Program-made: the position numbers and the translations under genes
DNA from: Eledone cirrhosa
Taxonomy: Eukaryota
NCBI GenBank assembly: GCA_964016885.1
Contig: OZ024754.1
Span: 10,540,001-10,604,000, forward strand
Direction: 5' to 3'
Length of the DNA stretch: 64,000 nucleotides
Shown: positions 58,718 through 64,000 of the stretch, one piece after another
Layout: every line of letters starts with the position of its first letter
How positions within the stretch are numbered: the stretch's first letter is position 1
Notes under the pieces: generated by a model
What the model was told of the DNA's origin: nothing
Database searches by the model: none
What the model saw: only the letters and a program-made list of their open reading frames with translations

Positions 58718-59015
58718 CAGTATTTTCCGTTGTGTTGTAATATAAATATTACACACAGTAGATTGACAGCTCACGTAGAGTTTGCTCGACGGTTCCAGTT
58801 GTAGTTCCAAAAGTAATCCGGAGAAAAATAGAAAGATTTGAATGGATACAGTTTAGTTGAAAGGAATTTATTGACACGTGTTTCTATAACAGTTACATAA
58901 CCTGAAAACAGCTGCTATCTACTTGTAGATAGCAGCTGTTTTCAGGTTATGTAACTGTTATAGAAACACGTGTCAATAAATTCCTTTCAACTAAACTGTA
59001 TCCATTCAAATCTTT
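58718..59015. mobile_element. Perfect fold-back (91-bp arms, 2-nt loop) plus about 114-nt tail, (TA)n-flanked
   Basis: 58832-58922 equals the reverse complement of 58925-59015; carries the 3' half of a hammerhead (GAAACACGTGTC AATAAA). Confidence 0.65.
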
Positions 59016-59024
59016 ATATATATA

Positions 59025-59455
59025 TATATAACTGAACAAAAAGGAAAAAACGAACACAGACATATATATATATATATATATGTGTGTTCAAATCGTAATG
59101 GACCAAAAGACCCGGCTGCTATTTTTAGTGGTGTAAGTCTATGCGACACGCTAAGTTCGGGAACCATGTGCGTTATATATACACACATTTTCCAGTTTTC
59201 TATTTGATTTAGAAGTAGAAGTGAGGAGTATACATACTAATTTCAACACCCACTGATGAGCTTGGAATTTGGTATTTCTCTTCACAAATAATATTGCGAA
59301 ACGGTTATATCAAAGACCGTCTGGGTGATGGTAGTTACCACAATACTGGATAGTATTTATTTTTCTTAATTTGTTCTTAAATTGAGTCCAGCAAACCCTA
59401 TTGTCTGAAGTTAGTATTTTTTTCACCTTAGCGATTTTGGTCCATTACGATTTGA

Positions 59456-59490
<35 letters not shown>

Positions 59491-59602
59491 TGTGTTCATT
59501 TTTTCCTTTTTGTTCAGTTATATACGCTCAGAAAAAGCCTTTTTCCTAGAGCTAATTTACTGTAATGAGACTTTTAAGTTTCTAACTCAATACAAGCTTT
59601 TG
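59025..59602 (+). mobile_element. Inverted-repeat-bounded element with central hammerhead plus about 78-nt tail
   Basis: Arms 59025-59108 and 59435-59524 are inverted repeats, each containing an internal (TA)n; hammerhead at 59247-59327 lies in the spacer. Confidence 0.65.
59247..59327 (+). ncRNA. Type I hammerhead ribozyme motif, canonical core
   Basis: Stem I CACCCA/TGGGTG, CTGATGA (59253-59259), stem II closed by GC/GC, GAA (59298-59300), stem III ACGGT/ACCGT, GUC triplet with predicted cut after 59321. Confidence 0.85.
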
Positions 59603-59674
59603 ATATATATATATATATATATATAATATTAAAATACAAATATTAATAAAATAGATGTTCTTTTGATCAATTAC

Positions 59675-59727
59675 ATTTTATTATACATATTTCAGCGGTA
59701 CAACAGTACGTCCTCATCAGACAAAAT
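59675..59727 (-). ncRNA. Mirror copy of the 59832 hammerhead motif (sense to host gene)
   Basis: Reverse complement of 59832-59884 with one substitution in stem II. Confidence 0.7.
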
Positions 59728-59831
59728 ATAATGATACATGACATACCTTGAGATGTTAAATAGTTAAGATTTAATCAAGGTAGATTAAATCTTAACCATT
59801 TAACATGTCAGGGTATGTCATGTATCATTAT

Positions 59832-59884
59832 ATTTTGTCTGATGAGGACGTACTGTTGTACCTCTGAAATATGTATAATAAAAT
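59832..59884 (+). ncRNA. Type I minimal hammerhead motif
   Basis: Stem I ATTTTGT/ATAAAAT, CTGATGA, stem II GGA.GTAC-tgtt-GTAC.TCT, GAA, ATATGTAT, H17 = A59877. Confidence 0.75.
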
Positions 59885-60025
59885 GTAATTGATCAAAAGA
59901 ACATCTATTTTATTAATATTTGTATTTTAATATTAATAACTCTGGAAAATACTTTCCTGTAGAGTGCTTCCAATCTACTGTAAAACTCATTCTTTGATGT
60001 ACTCATCGAATCTTGTTTAACTCTT

Positions 60026-60072
<47 letters not shown>

Positions 60073-60075
<3 letters not shown>

Positions 60076-60378
60076 TTTCATTTTACGTCCGCTTTTTCCC
60101 TGCTTGCAAGGGTGGGACGGGAACTGATTTTGGCTTGATTTCTACAGCTGGATGCCCTTCCTAACACCAACCTCATTTACAGTGAGTGCTGGGTGCTTTT
60201 TTGCCGTGGCGCCTACACGTCCACTTTACAATGTGGGCTGGGTGCTTTTTTTACCGTGGTACCTCCACGACCACTTTGCAGTGGAATGATAGGGACCCTA
60301 GTCCTATCATCTCATTTCTACAGCTGAGTAAACTGGAGCAATGTGAAATAAAGTGTCTTGCTGAAGGAAACAACGCAT
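60073..60378 (-). mobile_element. Chimeric SINE copy, 5' truncated, between (TA)n tracts
   Basis: Reverse complement of 35390-35640. Confidence 0.75.
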
Positions 60379-60940
60379 ATATATATATATTTATTTAAGT
60401 TTGGTGGTTCACCACTGGATAGAACTGGTCATTCTGTATAGTCAATCATGATGTAATATTAGGAAAAGCACTTGACATTATGCAACTCATCCATCTTTGA
60501 TGTTGAATATTGTTTGTGTGCGAGAACAGAGTTAATTATTATTGAGTAAAATGACAGAAGGCCGGACTAATAAAATTCCTTCAAAGATTTATTATAGAAA
60601 ACACTATGTACATTTCAGTGGCCAGGTTCCATAAGATCCTGGTGACATCATCAGGTGTTTATTGCATAATAGTTATATAATAAAGGAATAATGGTAAACA
60701 CAATCCAAGAGGCTAAAAAAATAGAGAAAATTTTTTTGACTCGAAAGCAGTCAGGGCCAGTTGTCTGTTTGGCTGACCACCATACAGAACATCTTCCAGC
60801 TATGATTACGATAAAATTAGTGAGTTACCAGTTCATTTATCTTCAGTTCATATCCACTGCAGTGTTCTGTGGTGACTATGAAAAACTTATCATACATACT
60901 CGCATATAAGTCAAACCAGTAGATAAGTCACTCTTTCATA

Positions 60941-61151
60941 CACAGTGTTTCAAAAAATGAGATATCATTTGAGATGTAAGTACCTCAGAAACTACAAAGT
61001 CTAGGACATGAAAACTGAGCAGGGTAATGTTGAGCAACATAAGATTTATTCCACAAAATTTGTCAACATCATAACACTAATTCACAATATATATTTTAAT
61101 GTGACAACCTTGGGAATAGAAGATTGTTATAAATTTTTTTTAAACATCCTG
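60941..61151. mobile_element. Tc1/mariner-like MITE, degenerate
   Basis: TA|CACAGTGTTTCAAAAAA...TTTTTTAAACATCCTG|TA. Confidence 0.45.
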
Positions 61152-62477
61152 TATTTGGAAATGAGGATGTGTAGATCCAGTTATGACTTATATGTGAGTA
61201 TATATGGTATTTCTTCATGCCTGTACCAATTTAGCAAGTTATGAGGAATAAGTATCAAAACTTTTAGTACTGTTGTCACCTACAAGGGACTGGCATCCTA
61301 TCCTAAGTGGACATACATCTCTGATCATCAACTCACTTTCCTTAATGCTATGGAATCAAGAGCTAAGCCTTAACATCTTGAACCTCAATGGGACTTGGAA
61401 GCATTTATTTAACTCTTAACATCCTGTAATAATTTAACAGAAAATATTTAAAACCTGGTTTGTTAATCCAAATGCTTATAGTATCTTTACTAGTAGACAG
61501 ATTATGAAAAATTGCAGTAAACTAAAATAATGACTTTCATTTTCAATGTGATATAGTCATAGTGCTGTTTTGTACTTGTCTTGCTAATGTAGTTTCATGT
61601 GGTTCAGGATGTTAAGAGTTAATAAAAATTCTAATAAAGTTCTCCTTAAGAAGAAAGAATTTAGTTAATTATTCAACCAAAAATGACAAAAGCAAACCAA
61701 ACCAAACTAGTTAAATAATTTGGTTATTTTTCTTTTTAAATTATAAAAGATACAAATGTCAATAGCAACATATCTCAAACCTGAAGAAAAACAAGCAAAT
61801 ATTTAATCAGTATAATTAAATTTTTGCTCCTATTACTTAAACCTACAAAATAATCTAGTACCTTACAATTCTTTTAATACAAAACCGTCCAATACTACTA
61901 ATTCTCTAACACAGGACTGTTTATATTTGTCTAAAAAAAAATCTTCCAGAATAATTTCATATCAGCTTAATAATTAGAAAGTTAGTTATATTACTAAATC
62001 ACTCCAAATTCTTGATTTTTTTTTTAAATTAAAATTAATTGAAAACCATAGGCAGTGTCTTTCAATGGGAATATAGTAACAAAAGAGTGAATTCATCCAC
62101 ACAAATAAACCATGAAACCACACCTAAAAAACAGTTTTAAAACAAAACATATTTCAAGAACTGTTCCCTGCCCGATTCTTTACAACAAAATATAACCTTT
62201 TTAATACCAACCCACCCCAAACCACCCAAACTTTCAATTCTATTACATAAAAATGCTTCTTTGTATTAAATCAAAACTTTATTTTCATTAATTCATATAG
62301 AATCTTTTCTCATATTTCAAGCAGCAGCTTAATAATGGTAAACTTCGTATATATTAATAAATCCTCAAAATTTTTAATTATTTTAAACTTAAATGGAAAA
62401 CATAAGTAGAAATTTCAACAGAAATTTCTTGATGGATTTCAAATAGTGAAGTTATATAACGCTCATGTGAATATTTA

Positions 62478-62663
<186 letters not shown>

Positions 62664-62837
62664 TTAAATGCTATAAAAAAAAAAAAAGTATGAACCCAAT
62701 CAATATATTACAATCCCATCTTTTCTTTCTCTACTTCCTAACATTTTAAATGGCTTCTGGTTATCAGCAGTATGGTAGGCAGTGTTATTCAGAGAGAGAG
62801 ACATTGATGTTGATTGAATCTATTCAACATCAACAAC

Positions 62838-63470
62838 ACTGTGTGTGTGTGTATCTCACTCAGCATGTGTGTGTATATCTGTGTGTGTGCGCGTATCTCA
62901 GCATGTGTATGTCTGGTTGTGTGTGTGTGTGTGTGCGTATCTCAGTGTGTGTGTCTGGTTGCGTGTGTGTGTCTGTGTGCATGGGCGTCTCGATGTGTAC
63001 GCATGTGTGTGTGTCTGAGTGTGTGTGTCGCAGAGTATGTGTGTGTGCCTCAATATGTGTGTATGTGTGCGTGTGTGTGTGTGTGTGTATATGAGTGTGG
63101 GTGTGTGTGTGTGTGTGTGTGCGCGCGTATCTCAGCATGTGTGTGTGTGCATATCTCAGTGTGTGTGTCTGGTTGTGTGTGTGTGTCTCTGGTTGTGTGT
63201 GTGTGCATGGGCATCTCGATGTGTACGCATGTGTGTGCCTGAGTGTGTGTGTGTGTATCGCAGAGTATGTGTGTGTGTGCCTCAGTGTGTGTGGGCGTCT
63301 CGATGTGTACGCATGTGTGTGTGTGTGTGTGTGTGCATATCTCAATGTGTGTGCATCTGTGTGGTTGTGTCTGTGTATGCATATGTGAGTGTGTGTATGT
63401 GTGTGTCCCAGTATGTGTGTTGTCTCAGTGTGTGTGTGCACAACCTTGCAAGCATGTGTGTGTGTGTTTA
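62838..63470. repeat. (GT)-rich degenerate minisatellite
   Basis: Direct reading. Confidence 0.85.
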
Positions 63471-64000
63471 TATACATACAAACACATAGCTAAAATCATT
63501 CAACACTTTGGAAAATAACCGCTACTTGTCATGGAATGGCAATAATTAAATGACAGATTCCTTCCTGTCAAAGACTATTCACTATTAGATTATATACACA
63601 TATATAATTTGAAAAGATGGATGTCTCTATATATAGAATCCTTATTGGTACACTGCAAGGCATACATTGAACAGTATAGCTAGCTCATCCTATCTAAGGC
63701 AATGTAATTTATTGATTATTGACAATTTCATAAAAAAAACTATAATTTTGTTAACTAATCAATGGGTTGAATTTTTTTCAAGATTTGTTAAGTTTTTACT
63801 TAGAGGTAGTTCCAAAGAAAGAAACCTCTTTTCAGATTGTGATACATGAATGACACCTTATTAAATTATCTCAGAAGTTCTTTTTTGTCTTTATGTCTTT
63901 TGATACCAAACTGCTCCTCATTCTAGATTACAAAGCTGTTTTATTTTTAAATGTTCATCATCATCATCACAATTCTATGTAAGAACGTTTGTTAAGTTAT

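Larger units (their letters stand above)
59624..60027. mobile_element. Fold-back element (153-bp arms, 6-nt loop) plus about 92-nt tail, (TA)n-flanked
   Basis: 59624-59776 versus 59783-59935 are reverse complements with a few mismatches; one hammerhead in each arm. Confidence 0.7.

Noticed and set aside
61740-61780. Acceptor-like TTTTCTTCAG on the minus strand within a kinase intron
   Set aside because: Immediate in-frame stop, no donor seen, and the flanking exons already join perfectly

Overview
AT-rich, microsatellite-dense eukaryotic DNA. The repeat landscape suggests a cephalopod such as Octopus, but this is inference and unverified. The window lies inside one large minus-strand gene, a misshapen/MAP4K4/TNIK/MINK1-type GCK-IV Ste20 kinase. 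I read 11 phase-compatible GT-AG exons (1135 nt, 62605 down to 23390) covering most of the kinase domain and the intermediate region. The first exons and the CNH domain were not found here. Almost all ORFs in the supplied track are simple-repeat artefacts. The introns hold tRNA-derived and RTE-tailed SINEs, RTE and CR1 LINE fragments, piggyBac-, hAT- and Tc1/mariner-like MITEs and several minisatellites. The most striking signal is a set of hammerhead-ribozyme motifs: 7 intact cores at 5 loci plus 2 half cores. They lie in short, (TA)n-flanked, often fold-back elements with a shared 80-115 nt tail, consistent with non-autonomous Penelope-like or retrozyme-like retroelements. Three such units sit in tandem at 58.7-60.0 kb. 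All calls are by eye and no searches or folding programs were run.
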